A stretch of 64,000 nt of DNA from Antedon mediterranea. Lineage: Eukaryota > Animalia > Echinodermata. The stretch covers positions 23,360,795 to 23,424,794 of the forward strand of contig NC_092670.1 in the NCBI RefSeq assembly GCF_964355755.1, in the 5' to 3' direction. The notes beneath the pieces were generated by a model. The model had not been told where the DNA came from and ran no database searches. It saw nothing but the letters and a program-made list of their open reading frames with translations. Shown here in pieces: positions 24,501-40,200 of this stretch. The stretch's first letter is position 1, and each line of letters opens with the position of its first letter. The position numbers were made by a program, and so were the translations under genes.

Positions 24501-26591
24501 ATTTTAATCCTTGTATATTTCTTTTATTGTTTAGTTTGGTCATGGTCTACAGCACATGCTAACCAAGGTTCCATATGCATCTGCAGCTGGTATTCACAAC
24601 ATAGAATGGGATGCTGTTGAGTTTCCATCACAGTTCATGGAGAATTGGGTTTATGATGAGGATACAATGAAGTTAATAAGTGGACATTATCGAACAGGGG
24701 AACCATTGCCTAGGCATCTATTTGATCAGCTTATCAAAGGTAAACAAACATATCTCTGTCTACACTATCAAATGTTATGTGACAAAAAAAAATGTGATGT
24801 GCCCATATATGGACATGATGACATATCACTGCCTAATGTGGACACTTTATTCGTCCGTCTAGACAGAGCTTTAAGTTTTCTACACCTCACAATATCAAAT
24901 TGTTTCCAATTTGTAAAATAAATCAATTGGGGCAATCTTTTCCACAGTTTTTTTTAATATGATTTTTCTTTCTTCAGCTCGTAAGTACATGGCTGGGTCA
25001 GGGATGCTACGCCAACTGTACTTTTCTGGACTTGATATGGAGTTACATACAAGGTATTAACTAGTTCAATATTTCAGCAATATGAGCTTGCTAGAGCTTA
25101 AATTCAATACATATATATATACAATGATTGAGGGAAAAGTTTTTAGCAGGAATGATATACTTTAGTTATCTGTTCCTAAAGGGCAGAAGACTTGGAAACC
25201 TTATCCAGCATAATTTGCAATTTGCTAAATCATTAAAGTTGTTGATTAACATGAAACAAACCAAGGAACAGTTGAAACAGAACAGTTGAAACAGAACAGT
25301 TAAAAGAGAACAGTTAAACGAGAACAGTGGAAACAGAACAGTTACAAGAGAACAGTTAAAAGAGAACAGTTGAAACAGAACAGTTAAAAGAGAACAGTTA
25401 ATACAGAATAGTTAAAACAGAATAGTTAAAAGAGAACAGTTAATACAGAACAGTTAAAACAGAATAGTTAAAACAGTTAAAACAGTAAAGGGCCTCTTGT
25501 TATTTCTCTGACAACACAAATAATAACTTGATTTTTGTTTCTGCTATTAGCACTGATCCGTGGCAAGATGTAATGAATAGAGTAGCTGACGAATACACAG
25601 TAATAAAACCACTTCAGGTAAGCCAACATATTTATTAGTTATACAGATTTCAGTACAGTAAGCATATTCACGATTTTGTGCAGTGAACCATAAATGCCCA
25701 GTAATTTAAATATCCATATGGGGGACACCTCAGGATGTAAATTCCCTTTTAAGATTTAGAGGGCTATCCCTGGCACCATACAAAATGATTGCCTGTTGGT
25801 TCATGTATGGTATGGTATCGAAATAAATCAAATCAAATCCTACTAAACACTGACAATTATTTTTCTTATAGGAGGATCGCTTTCCGTGCTCATTCCAACA
25901 CATCTTTGCCTCTGGATATGCCGCTGGATACTACTCTTACAAGTGGGCCGAGGTCATGTCTGCGGATGCCTTTGAAGCATTTGAAGAAGTTGGCTTGCAA
26001 AATAGGGATGCATTAGCAGTGACAGGCTTAAGGTAAGGGAATATGCTGACTATTAATTCAGCTTCTTAAAGCTATGCGTACGCTATCAAACTAGTTTGAC
26101 AAAAAAAAAGTGTGATGTGCCCAAATATAGTAGTGATATGCCCAAATATGGTAGTGATATGACATCATGTCCACATATGGGCACATCACATTTTTGGTCA
26201 CATAAAGTTTGATAGTGTAGACAGAGGTTTAGTTATTCAACTCGATAAATAATGACGAACAATGAATTTGATTTTTGGATTATTTCTTCTTTATACTGGA
26301 TGACCTCTTCAGTAAAGGCAATGAGAATAAACACAAACAGGCTTTGAACCCATGTCACTTGCATGCTAGTCCAATACCCTTTACCATTGTGCCATATCAC
26401 TTTTATTGAATTTCATAATAGCATCATTCATTTTTTTTTTTTTTTTTTTATTCTATTAAAATTGTTTATTTAGATTTAGAAACACTGTCCTGGCACTAGG
26501 TGGTGGAACACATCCCACAGAAGTCTTTAAACAGTTCAGAGGTCGTGAGCCATCTCCAGATGCTCTTCTGAAATCATATGGATTGTCTTGA
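3583..26591 (+). CDS. Oligopeptidase A-like zinc metallopeptidase (M3A, OpdA/PrlC or plant OOP/CyOP type), 17 exons, 749 aa
   Basis: Exons 3583-3662, 18326-18591, 19104-19312, 19728-19888, 20331-20450, 20885-21058, 21288-21422, 21730-21837, 22002-22098, 22958-23027, 23639-23722, 23921-24039, 24535-24739, 24978-25053, 25551-25617, 25872-26032, 26474-26591 total 2250 nt with GT-AG boundaries and consistent phases. Motifs NPLL..LPRF, KRGGAWM, ETLFHE|FGHGLQH (HExxH), [35 protein letters not shown]. Exon 1 is less certain than the rest. Confidence 0.92.
3814..5235. mobile_element. Non-autonomous TTAA DNA transposon (Kolobok-like), family K1
   Basis: TTAA on both sides (3810-3813, 5236-5239) versus a single TTAA at the empty site in the other LTR; TIR AGCCCCATTCCCT/AGACCCCTTCCCT; second copy at 12956-13529. 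Confidence 0.85.
3956..4742. mobile_element. Mutator-like (MULE) MITE nested in K1
   Basis: About 140-bp TIRs CGCTGTGGCTAAAGATACGGTACC...; 9-bp TSD TTCTAATAA (3947-3955, 4743-4751); absent from the K1 copy near 13390. Confidence 0.85.
6053..10089 (-). pseudogene. Gypsy gag-protease, frameshifted: HhH-like N-terminus, capsid-like region, CCHC knuckle, aspartic protease
   Basis: ORFs 10089-9610 and 8435-8034 rejoin in frame (RAY|MPSTS) when 8441-9620 is removed; [14 protein letters not shown] at about 7105-7065; protease [15 protein letters not shown] near 6755-6710 and [17 protein letters not shown]. Confidence 0.88.
8441..9620. mobile_element. hAT-like non-autonomous DNA transposon inserted in gag
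   Basis: Termini CAGGGTTGTAG...TTACATCCCTG with GC-rich subterminal boxes; 6-bp TSD TATAAG (8435-8440, 9621-9626). Confidence 0.8.
10805..10818 (-). promoter_or_regulatory. Primer binding site (tRNA-Ser-like)
   Basis: Minus strand TGGCGCTGCGAGCA lies 1 nt inside the 5' LTR; complementary to a tRNA 3' end of the ...TGCTC(A/G)CAGCG-CCA type. Confidence 0.75.
10820..11106 (-). repeat. 5' LTR of Gypsy copy 1 (287 bp)
   Basis: TG...CA ends with 8-bp terminal inverted repeat; adjacent PBS and TSD. Confidence 0.9.
12868..13971. mobile_element. Non-autonomous TTAA DNA transposon (Kolobok-like), family K2
   Basis: TIR AGATGTATTGTCCCTT/AAGGGACAATACATCT; TTAA at 12864-12867 and 13972-13975; interrupts the LINE ORF. 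Confidence 0.85.
12956..13529. mobile_element. Family K1 copy (inverted, lacking the MULE insert) nested in K2
   Basis: Near-identical reverse complement of 3814-3946 plus 4752-5235, with an internal deletion. Confidence 0.85.
14269..15110 (-). pseudogene. Accessory ORF of Gypsy copy 2: C2H2-like finger plus TatD-like nuclease remnant
   Basis: [22 protein letters not shown] (15095-15030); [12 protein letters not shown]; RILLHNF (14568-14548); [11 protein letters not shown] (14442-14410); [16 protein letters not shown]...[12 protein letters not shown] ending at 14269; several frameshifts and stops. Confidence 0.72.
15530..15830 (+). mobile_element. RTE-like LINE 3' fragment inserted in Gypsy copy 2
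   Basis: Frame from 15581 reads [46 protein letters not shown], resembling the RTE C-terminal WxGHV...RxRGR pattern. Confidence 0.6.
17501..17622 (+). pseudogene. Divergent full-length 5S rRNA-derived sequence (probable SINE head)
   Basis: TACGGCCATAC..GTTGAAACACCGGTTCTCGTCAGATCACCGAAGTTAAG..GGATGGGAGACCG matches animal 5S; terminal stem ATATACGGC/GCTGTATAT; no oligo-T terminator. Confidence 0.85.
17501..17840 (+). mobile_element. Composite SINE: 5S head, tRNA-like segment, CORE-like body, AATAC tail
   Basis: After the 5S part: A box TGGTGTAATGG, B box GGTTCGA, then GCATCCTTAGGCAAGATGCTTTACTCTC (CORE-like) and ACAAAT/AATAC tail repeats. Confidence 0.7.
20548..20695. mobile_element. MITE family A copy
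   Basis: TA-AAGCTCAGTCTAC...GTAGACAAAGCTT-TA. Confidence 0.8.
22231..22925. mobile_element. MITE family A copy split by a ~550-bp AT-rich insert (probable antisense LINE 3' UTR)
   Basis: Family A internal units at 22231-22335 resume at about 22890-22925; the insert begins with an AGAT-type repeat tail. Confidence 0.6.
24754..24871. mobile_element. MITE family A copy (deleted)
   Basis: CTCTGTCTACACTATCAAA...TAGACAGAGCTT. Confidence 0.7.
25266..25486. repeat. ~14-bp minisatellite (GAACAGTTAAAACA variants)
   Basis: About 15-16 tandem degenerate units in an oligopeptidase intron. Confidence 0.9.
26069..26229. mobile_element. MITE family A copy
   Basis: Same TIRs and internal 20-bp units. Confidence 0.8.
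26317..26404 (-). mobile_element. tRNA-head SINE fragment related to 17624-17735, without the 5S part
   Basis: Reverse complement shares GGACTAGCATG...CATGGGTTC...TCTCATTGCCT with the composite SINE. Confidence 0.6.
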
Positions 26592-26836
26592 GCCATGGAG
26601 AAAGAGGAAACGGTCAGAGACTAGAGGAAAGCTGTCAGACACCACCTTTTGCTGGTGAAGCATGTATGTAATATGCAGATGCTTAAAAGTGGTGGCTAGG
26701 AAGAACGGGCATCAGTCATACCAGGTGCTTGTGTAATGCTACAAATGTTCAGTATACCAAGGTGGTATTAAATTGGTACATATAGCAACAATTGTGGACA
26801 TTTGTATTGTGAATGACAAGCAGTCTATGTACTTTA

Positions 26837-27120
26837 AAGCTTTGTCTACACTATTAAACTAGTTTGACAAAAAAAGTGTGATGTGCCCAAATATGGTAGT
26901 GATATGACATCATCATGTCCATATATGGGCACATACATTATCCTTTTCAATTGGAAAAGTGATTATGAATGAATAGATGAAAAGGAAGATCCATGAATCT
27001 GAACAAGACTAGAATAAATTCCTTGTGTAAAACCACAGATTGGCTCTAGCTATGTTGACTAAAGCTCTGTCTACACTATCAAATCCATATATGGACATGA
27101 TGACATCATATCACTACCAC
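26837..27120. mobile_element. Two partial MITE family A copies downstream of the oligopeptidase stop codon
   Basis: AAGCTTTGTCTACACTATTAAACT at 26837 and AAGCTCTGTCTACACTATCAAA at about 27062. Confidence 0.7.
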
Positions 27121-28811
27121 TTTTTTACATGAATGGTAAAATGCAATTTTTTTTATGGAGCATTTTATTTTCAGTACCTAAATTTTGATCAAATATTTTA
27201 TTTATACCTGAAATAATATTAAGGTAGAGCAAAACATCTGACCAAAAAAATAAGCACTTTTATGTTTAATGGATTAACCAATATTTGTTTAAAATTAATC
27301 AAATGTTTTATACAGTACTATTTAGTTGATTAATTCATTAAATGTATTTCTGTATTCAAATGTGATTTTACATTCATTTTCAATGTTGATTTGAAATCAC
27401 TTAATGAAAATCATGTTGTTAAATGTTTTTTTTATACTAACATACATTGTGCACTGTTTTTAAAGAGAGCTATTGTTACATTTCACCGAAAAGTTGTTAA
27501 TTAATGTAAAAGGTGTTGGGTAAATATATCTTATTGTGGTGTATAACACCTTGAAATATTGTTTTAGATTATTTAAACTAAGCTTGTACTGTATAGTTAT
27601 GTATGTATGCAATTGAGTATGCAATATATTATCATTCTAAGATTTTTTATAAGATTTTCCATATCTCATATCTGTATGAAAGATGTATTCACAATTGTTA
27701 ATGTTCATTTATTGAATAGTAAAATAGTACTATACAATAGTACCTTCCATTTATGTGTAGAGTTTGTAATTGATAAAGTTCATATGCAGTGGCATATGTT
27801 AACCTGACCAGGGAAGGATACAAGGAGGGGCCATTTTTAGGCCCTGGTCCCCCTATTTCAAAATCCTGGATCCGCCACTGTTGACTGGAAAGCAACTGAA
27901 CAGAATTAGCACCCATGGTAATATTGAATTTGTTGATACTGGTCAAAATTTTCAGTTGCATTTAGTTTCTTCCAGTTCTGCGTTTATGTCGTTTGAAGGT
28001 TTGCATGGCAAAATCAAGTGTTTGATAATTTTTATTAAAGTTTGCGGCACTCGGGAGTGAGGACAATCAAAGCATATTTATCGAAACATCAAGAAACTCA
28101 ACAGCTCTTTTCAGAACTAATTTACGTGGTGTACCGCAAACTTTATATCAACATATGTTTGTCAATATATATTTGCGCAATACAGTTGATTTCCGTGTTA
28201 ACATATATGTATATCGTGCTAAAGGAACATTCACACAGGTTACATTCGATACATTTATTAATTGAATGTATATTTAGATTAACAGTTTAATACAGAAGCA
28301 TTCAGCTATTTATTACAATTACAACACCCTGTACTTGTATAGCAAATTAACACTTTTATAAAAATAAAGTATTCCAACAATCGATTTGAATAGCAGACTA
28401 CTTATTGGGAAATTGGATCCCATAATCTGCAACGGCATGACATTGGGATGTAGAACAGAAAAAAGATGTATATACTGTATTCCACTAATGAGTTGCAAGG
28501 AAATGAATTGATGATTAATGCATATTTATACTTCACTATTAACACCTAAATGTTGATTTAGTCAAAATATCTTTTAAAAACGGTACTATAAATAAGAGTA
28601 CTGATCTAATGAATATAAGATAAAAGTATGTTTATAATTTTGATCTTTCAACAAACATTTGTTTTGTTTGATACTATATACTGAACCATTACGTTTTATG
28701 ACATATCCTCCAACCTTGTTTATTCCTCCAAGAGGTGTGCTGCACCAGGCAACCCAGCCTGAAAGATAAACCCTGTGGGTCCCTACCATGCTTTGAATGT
28801 AGGCCTAGGAC

Positions 28812-33261
<4,450 letters not shown>

Positions 33262-33470
33262 TTTTTGCACTTAAAGCTCTACTTTACAATAATTTCTTCA
33301 AAGAAAGTTTTTGTTTACAATTGTAGTATTATAATTAGCGGAGTCTCACGAAGCAACCGGTTTCGCGCGAAAGAATGTGGCAATTTAAATTGGTAGAGGG
33401 CGCTATCACAAATAACACGGGGTGTCACAAAATGTTTTTGATCATCTGCGATTCGAGTTCGAGCTGATAT
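33262..33470. promoter_or_regulatory. Putative bidirectional promoter, ADSL / caskin
   Basis: CpG-containing patch with palindrome TTTCGCGCGAAA (33361-33372, E2F-like); a candidate caskin 5' UTR exon ends at donor GTG|GTAAGT (33596), with acceptor TTTCAG at 34221. Confidence 0.5.
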
Positions 33471-34283
33471 TGAGAAGTAAACTTTCCACTTTAGAAGTAA
33501 GGCTCAGTCTTTTCTTGGATAATTATGACTTCTTTCATCCTGTATTGAACGTGTTTTGATATTAAGTTTACACAGTAACTACTTTCTGATGGTGTGGTAA
33601 GTCAATTATTAAATGAATTGTGTGTGTTTTTTTTTAGTCTGCCTGTTGTGCCCCTGTTGTGTATGTGGTGTAGCTGTTTGTGGACGATCGTCTGTTGCTG
33701 CTGATGAGAGGTACACAGAGAGTTTAACACATCCACACAACACTGTGGAGCTATGACAAAATGGGGGTGTGTTGTCTACTGTAACTCAACACATCTGGCA
33801 AGCCAACCCAAAAGTGTAGGGCCTAGGAGAATAGGCTAATTTTGTTTTATTTTATTAAAAAAGAAAATTGTTTACACTACAGGAATGTCGGTACTGTAGT
33901 TTCAGGAAATAATATCCTGGCTAAAATTGAAAATTGACAAGTCAGAATTAATATTGTAATTTGCAATTGTATGGAAGTTTTTTTTTGTTCAATTTGTTTA
34001 TCATTTGATAGGCTAGTAAGTATGAATGATGGATGGTAACAATAGATTTTTGTGTGCAGCAGTCCCCCACCCGCCAACTTCTCGGGTTCCGCTGTTGCAT
34101 TACTGTATAGGCCTACCCACTGCATGTTTACGTATAGATGATGAAAGTCCAATGAATTATACTGTATTAATTATTAATTAATACAAATAAATTATCTTTT
34201 TTTTTTAAATTTTAATTTCAGCCAATGTCTTGAGGGAATTTTATCGGAATTAAAAATAATTAAACGGTGCTAATTTAAAAGTA

Positions 34284-37200
34284 ATGGGGAAGGATACAGA
34301 TCTATTACAGGCCATCCGTCAAGAAGATGTTGCCATGGTAATGAAGATTGTTGCAAAATTCACCAAGTCAAAGTCAAGTAAGTGTTTTCAAATTACAGTA
34401 TTAAAATTATTCATCATAATATGTTACAAATCACATGCTGACGTTCACCTGAGAAAGTGTTATATAAAAGTTGTTCTCATCACAAAAAGATATTTACTTA
34501 ATTTAATTCTCTTCTCTAACCTGAAACTAAAACTATTAAATTCCTCAGACTTTAATGTAGTCAATATTGATCCATTACTATGTTGCAGGATTTAAAATAT
34601 TGCACTAACAACATGTGGAAAAAATATCCATCTGCAGGGAAGCAGTAATCTAGTTTGGTAATAAAGATTTATTAATTTCTGATATAAAAATGATGTGTAC
34701 ACCAGTGACCTTGACATTGTAGATCTTAATCCTAATCCACTGACTTACTTAAAGATGTGGAGTCTATCTGGGAGTGGTGGTATGGATTAGTATTTAAGTC
34801 TTATTTTATCAGAATTATTACTCATTGGTCAATAATTTAAAGCAAGAATGTAGGAAGTATTTAATTTAAAGGCTAAGTATCTTGCTTATTAATTACCCAT
34901 AAAGTGAAACTACTGACTTTGCAAAATGCTGCCTTTCTAGTTTCAGTACTTTGCTCCAGATACAATACAGTCTACATTGAAAAAGCCTATCCAGTGGTGA
35001 AATCTCTTTCTACACTATCAAACTTTTATGTGACAAAATGTGATTTACATATATATGGAGATGATGATATCATATCCCTACCATATTTGGGCATATCTCT
35101 ACCATATTTGGGCATATCTCTACCATATTTGGGCACATCAAACTTTTTTTTGTCAGACTAGTTTGATAGTGTAGACAGAGATTTAGTACTGTGGCACAAA
35201 AGAAATTACCCAACAGTGTCCCTTAATGATATCTCCTGAAAAGGGGTTGGCTGTAGTGTTACATTTCCTCTTGTCATTTGAGGGAAAGTGTCCCGATATA
35301 AAGAAGTGTCCCATGAATAGTGGTGTCCTAAATAGGGTATACTATTCGGCCATTATTTATAATAATTATTACAAAACCATGAAGTTGGCACATATAAAAG
35401 GGATCTTTGACAAGGAAGACCAATTTTTTTGTTTTGTTAGAACATAATTTATGCTCTGGTATTTTATCTCATTACATTGTTTATAATAGCACTATACAAA
35501 GTCGACCAATGTTTGTCATTTAGTATAAACTGTAAAAATCATAATCGCATAGTTACAGTTGAAACTCATTAATATTCAACCATATCCATTGCAAATACAA
35601 TTAGTGGGTAAGCTGTAAACCTATGTTCTGGTATTTTATCTAAATTTTGGTTTACACAAGTTGACTCTAAATGATCATTAAAATATAATTGGTTTTTACT
35701 AGTTCCCTATTTGTTTTTACAATTTATTGACACATGACAATGTGGATTTTTACTTCTCATTGGCGCTTACCCCAAACTCTTCTTGTTGAATTTGGAAATT
35801 GCCATCTCACTCAGTGTTTGCAATACTTCAGAGTATTGTATTCAGTGTCGTAACGGCTATGAGTGCTCACTGGCTAAATCCAAGAGCCCCGGAGCTTATG
35901 GGGGCCCTTAAGCAGGACTAAGAAGAAAAAACAGACATTAAAATATGTCAAAAAAGGCTAAAACACCGTACCCAAGACCTCCAGCATTTGAGGGCCATTT
36001 AACCAGGGTCCTCAGACCTCTGCGTTACGCCGCTGATTGTATTTCTTATGAGGAAAATTCATACTTACTCAATACCACAATTAGAACTCGGGATAAATGT
36101 ACAGTTACTCCATTTTACCTCGAGTTTCAACTTTGTGGATAGTTATTGTTTGTAGTTGCAGTGTTTGTTATGTTTAATGCTAGATTGCATTAAAAAAACA
36201 CTAACTAACCTTGTTAAATGTAAAGTGTATGAACCTGCCATGTTTCTCATTAATTTCAAATCTTATTGCAATTTTGAAAGGTTAAATCCCTCTTAATGAA
36301 AGTCTAAAGTACAGTAACTCTGGGTAGAAAGATTAAGAAAAGTACTGTACATTGTTGATGGCTGTTGGTAACTACAAATACTAATTATATAGGTAAAATG
36401 CAAAACACTTCATATTCATTAAATTAATAATGTAAACATTTTCGCTAGTTTACTATTACTATAGTATAATACAGTGTTAGTTACACATTTATCAAGATTT
36501 TTCCTGAATAGTGTGTTTTTTATTAGAAATAAAAAAAGTAGATGTGCACTTTCGGAATCAACCCCACTTTGGTGACACACAAATTTGCAAATGGGGAATG
36601 AAAGACCAAGGTTGGAGATTATCTTTTATTGTTTTAGCGTCATAAGGGTGTTCTGGTCTGCAGCTGTGTAATAATTAAAATCTGTTTGTCGAACAATTAA
36701 AACTAAAATTGAATACTTAAAGATTAATGTTCTTTTTTAAGTCATATTAACTATTATTTATTAATGTTCTTTTTTCCTTTTTTGCATCAATATTTATTTG
36801 TATTCTCATAGGACATAGTCCTAACCAAACGTCTGTTGAGTGTTTTTGTGAGGTATGTGCAGGGAACATTTTCGCCAGTGTAGCGTAGCAAAAAGCTATA
36901 CAAAACAACCTTATTGCTACACATTTTGAAAATTGTGTAGCAAAAAATACAATACAAAACTATGTTTCTGGACTTAAAAATCAGTTTGATTAGCAATATT
37001 GCTAAACAAAATTTTTAAATGAAAATTTTCCCTGATGTATCATGCTGGAAAGTGTGGGAACACAGGGATATCTAAAAGAATGCTTTGCAATTGTTTAGGA
37101 TAACAATAGGCTTGCTTACTATTGTTATGTCACAAAACAGCCAATCTAGTGTGCTTTGAAGCTTTGGTGTCCAGGTCAAAGTTTAAACCAATAGTGTACT

Positions 37201-40200
37201 GCTTTTGTACAAGGAGAAGTGGAGAATTATCTGGTACCCATTTAAACTGTGGTTTGCCTGAAATAAATTTAGATTAGGTAAATATGGAATAGAACTTAGT
37301 CACTGAGCAAATTTAACTTTCTGCATGTTTTGAAAGAAGGAAATTTATTTTTTACTCAAATTGTGATTTCATTTTGAGGAAAAAAAGTACCATATTATTT
37401 GATGAAATGTATTTTATTTAGTAAAGCATAAATAAAAAAATAATCAACTGTCAGCTTGTTCAATTCAAAGATTTTGCTAGATACCTAGATACCATTCAAA
37501 CTGTATTGAAACCAAAAACATATGCAATACTATTACTATAACAAAAAATTATGTTGTTTAGAAAAGGTAAATCCATACGATATATTGAACTTAAATGGAT
37601 GGTGTTCCTTTAAACCTAATCATGTGTATTAATGATAGTAATACTTCCTTTGAAACCACAATGTGGTTTTAAAGATCTAATTTGGCCGACTTTTGTACAA
37701 TGTTCAGGGTGCAGTATAGACCCATTATTAAATTAAAAGCTCAAAGTTGTTCAAATTTAGAGCAGCTAAAGAAACCGCTGATGTTCAGGTATGAAAGGAA
37801 ACAGATTATAAAAGCTATTTATGAGCTATAGAAACTATTTAAAACGATTAAAACTTTCAGTTCCAGAGAAAGGTAAGGCACCATTTTGTTTCTATTGGTA
37901 TTTGAGATTTAAGGTTTTTATTACCAATTATGGAATAGTTGCATGGCTTTAATATCATACTAATTATTATATCAGTATGACCAAGTCTAACTCCATGCTC
38001 GAATAATCCTACCCCTAATTTAGGCTAAAGCCAAAGAGAAAAGACTTCAATCTGATGGTAACCGCACCTCTACTTTTTGCACAATTTTAAAAACATCCCC
38101 CCCCCCCTTCCCCCATCAGACTACTCAAAACTGTCAAAACTAAACATTTTGATAGTTTCAGTGTAATTACAGTATGGTTTTAAGCTGCAGACCAGAGTTA
38201 CAGTTAGGTAGAGTAGTAGTTATACTTATGGAGTTGGATAGCCGAGTGGTTTGGACACTTGACTGTCATACAGAATATAGACCCGGGTTCAATTCCCAAC
38301 AACTACCAGTCCACTCAGCTGTAAATGAGTACCTGGTTGAAAATACTAGGGAGAAAAAAGGCGGCGTGGAAAGGAACTGGCCACCCTACCACATAATGCC
38401 AAGGCTTAGTACAATGAGCTCCTAACAGCTCATTCCCCTACATTCAGAATGAATACGGGATTCACCAGAATAGTAATATAGTAGTAGTAGTAGATACTGT
38501 ACAACAGTACCACAGACTTTTAACTGTTTTCGCTTTATCTAAAAATAGTCCATGGATCTTGGAAGATTGTTTTAACAAACTTGGTTCTTAATTAAAACAA
38601 TTTGTATAATTACAGTAGGTGAATGATTACCAAGGATCAATATCAGTAATCCTTATCACATGACCTTTATAATGACCTTACCAGCTGACCTTAAATAAGC
38701 CATTGTTATAAAGTCCATTCATAAAGTTTAGCTGTAAATGAATGGCATGCCAATGTTTTTCTAAATGAATTTTATTGTTTTATGTAGAAGAACTTTAAAA
38801 AAAACCATTATCATAGAAAAATATTCTGTAAATTAAACCATCTTGAGGGTGGAATATTGAGAAATGTACAGTATTGTAAGATTAGAATAAAAAGAATGTG
38901 GATGTGCTATTAAACTGTAGAAATACTGTAACAGCTACAGGATTCTAACTGACAAGACTGCAGTCGCATGCTCAAATTTGAGTTAGTATTTACCGGCTGA
39001 CCGTCCCACCGACACAGTGAACTACAGTAGTAAAAAAATGCACAAAAAATCAGCAACAAAATTAAGCCTAGCAACAAATGTACTGGTACTGGTGGTAGTA
39101 CAAAATCATTACATAAACTATTTTTAATTGCCATGCTAGTAGTAGTACTGCTAGTAGTACTGTCTCATGCATGGCTGATAAAAGACTCCCAATTCACCTC
39201 TGCTCTGGTACCTTAGTAAAACAGGGCTACACAGATACACCCTTCTGGTTGAGTAAGTACTTGTTAAGTAAACAGTACGATTGTTTACTGTCTGTAACTG
39301 TTTTACAGTACAGAAAGAAGGGGGAAAAATACAAATTATTTGTAATTTTATTCAATGTCATTATGCTGGGATGAAAATAGGTACAGTAAATCTACAAAAA
39401 TCTAGATTCTCCTGAGATTATTCACGTTTGTCAAATTACTATTTTTACCATTAATATCCAAATGCATAAATAAAAACCCCGCCCAATAAGCTATTGTTAT
39501 TAGATTATTTACGTTTGTCAAATTACTATTTTTACCATTAATATCCAAATGCATAAATAAAAACCCCGCCCAATAAGCTATTGTTATATGTTGTATGTTA
39601 ACAAACGGAAGGTAATTAATTTTTATGAAAATCCTATACAATCCTTCCTCTGGCTATATTAATATCAATAACCATAATTCATATGGTGTTCTCTATTGTA
39701 AGAAATATTCAATTTTGCACTTGTTTGTATTTGACAATAGTCAAGGTTGTTTAATATTTTTAAATTATGTTATTAACATAATCCTGAACAGTACTATAGG
39801 CAGGTAATATAATGTTATGCTATACTGTACATATATTTTTCAAAATCGACAACTATCATCGACCACAATTTTGTTTAGTAAAACTATTAATTATTAATTG
39901 ATGATGCAATTTGTACATTTAAGTAGAAGTTGCAATGTCAACAAGACCAATCAGTGATGGATACAGAAATTCCACGTAGTAAACAATATATTTATTAATA
40001 ATAACAATAATGTATTAACATGAAAAACATGCACAATTTAATGAATTATGGAAATGTCAGCAAAATTTTGCAATGTCTTTTCCCTCCCCCTGCCAAACCG
40101 CCACGTATAATGATCTTTTTTAATCAGCTTTCCAAAATATTTTAAACAAAATTAATTATTAAGCATGCAATTGCAAAATCAAGGGATAATGTAATGTACT

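Noticed and set aside
18326-26591. Recent horizontal transfer of bacterial opdA
   Set aside because: Sixteen canonical introns and host-like base composition indicate long residence.
38022-38060. Candidate caskin exon 2 (TTTAG|GCTAAAG...GATG|GTAACC)
   Set aside because: The translation does not match caskin; the 53863-53914 exon fits both sequence and phase.
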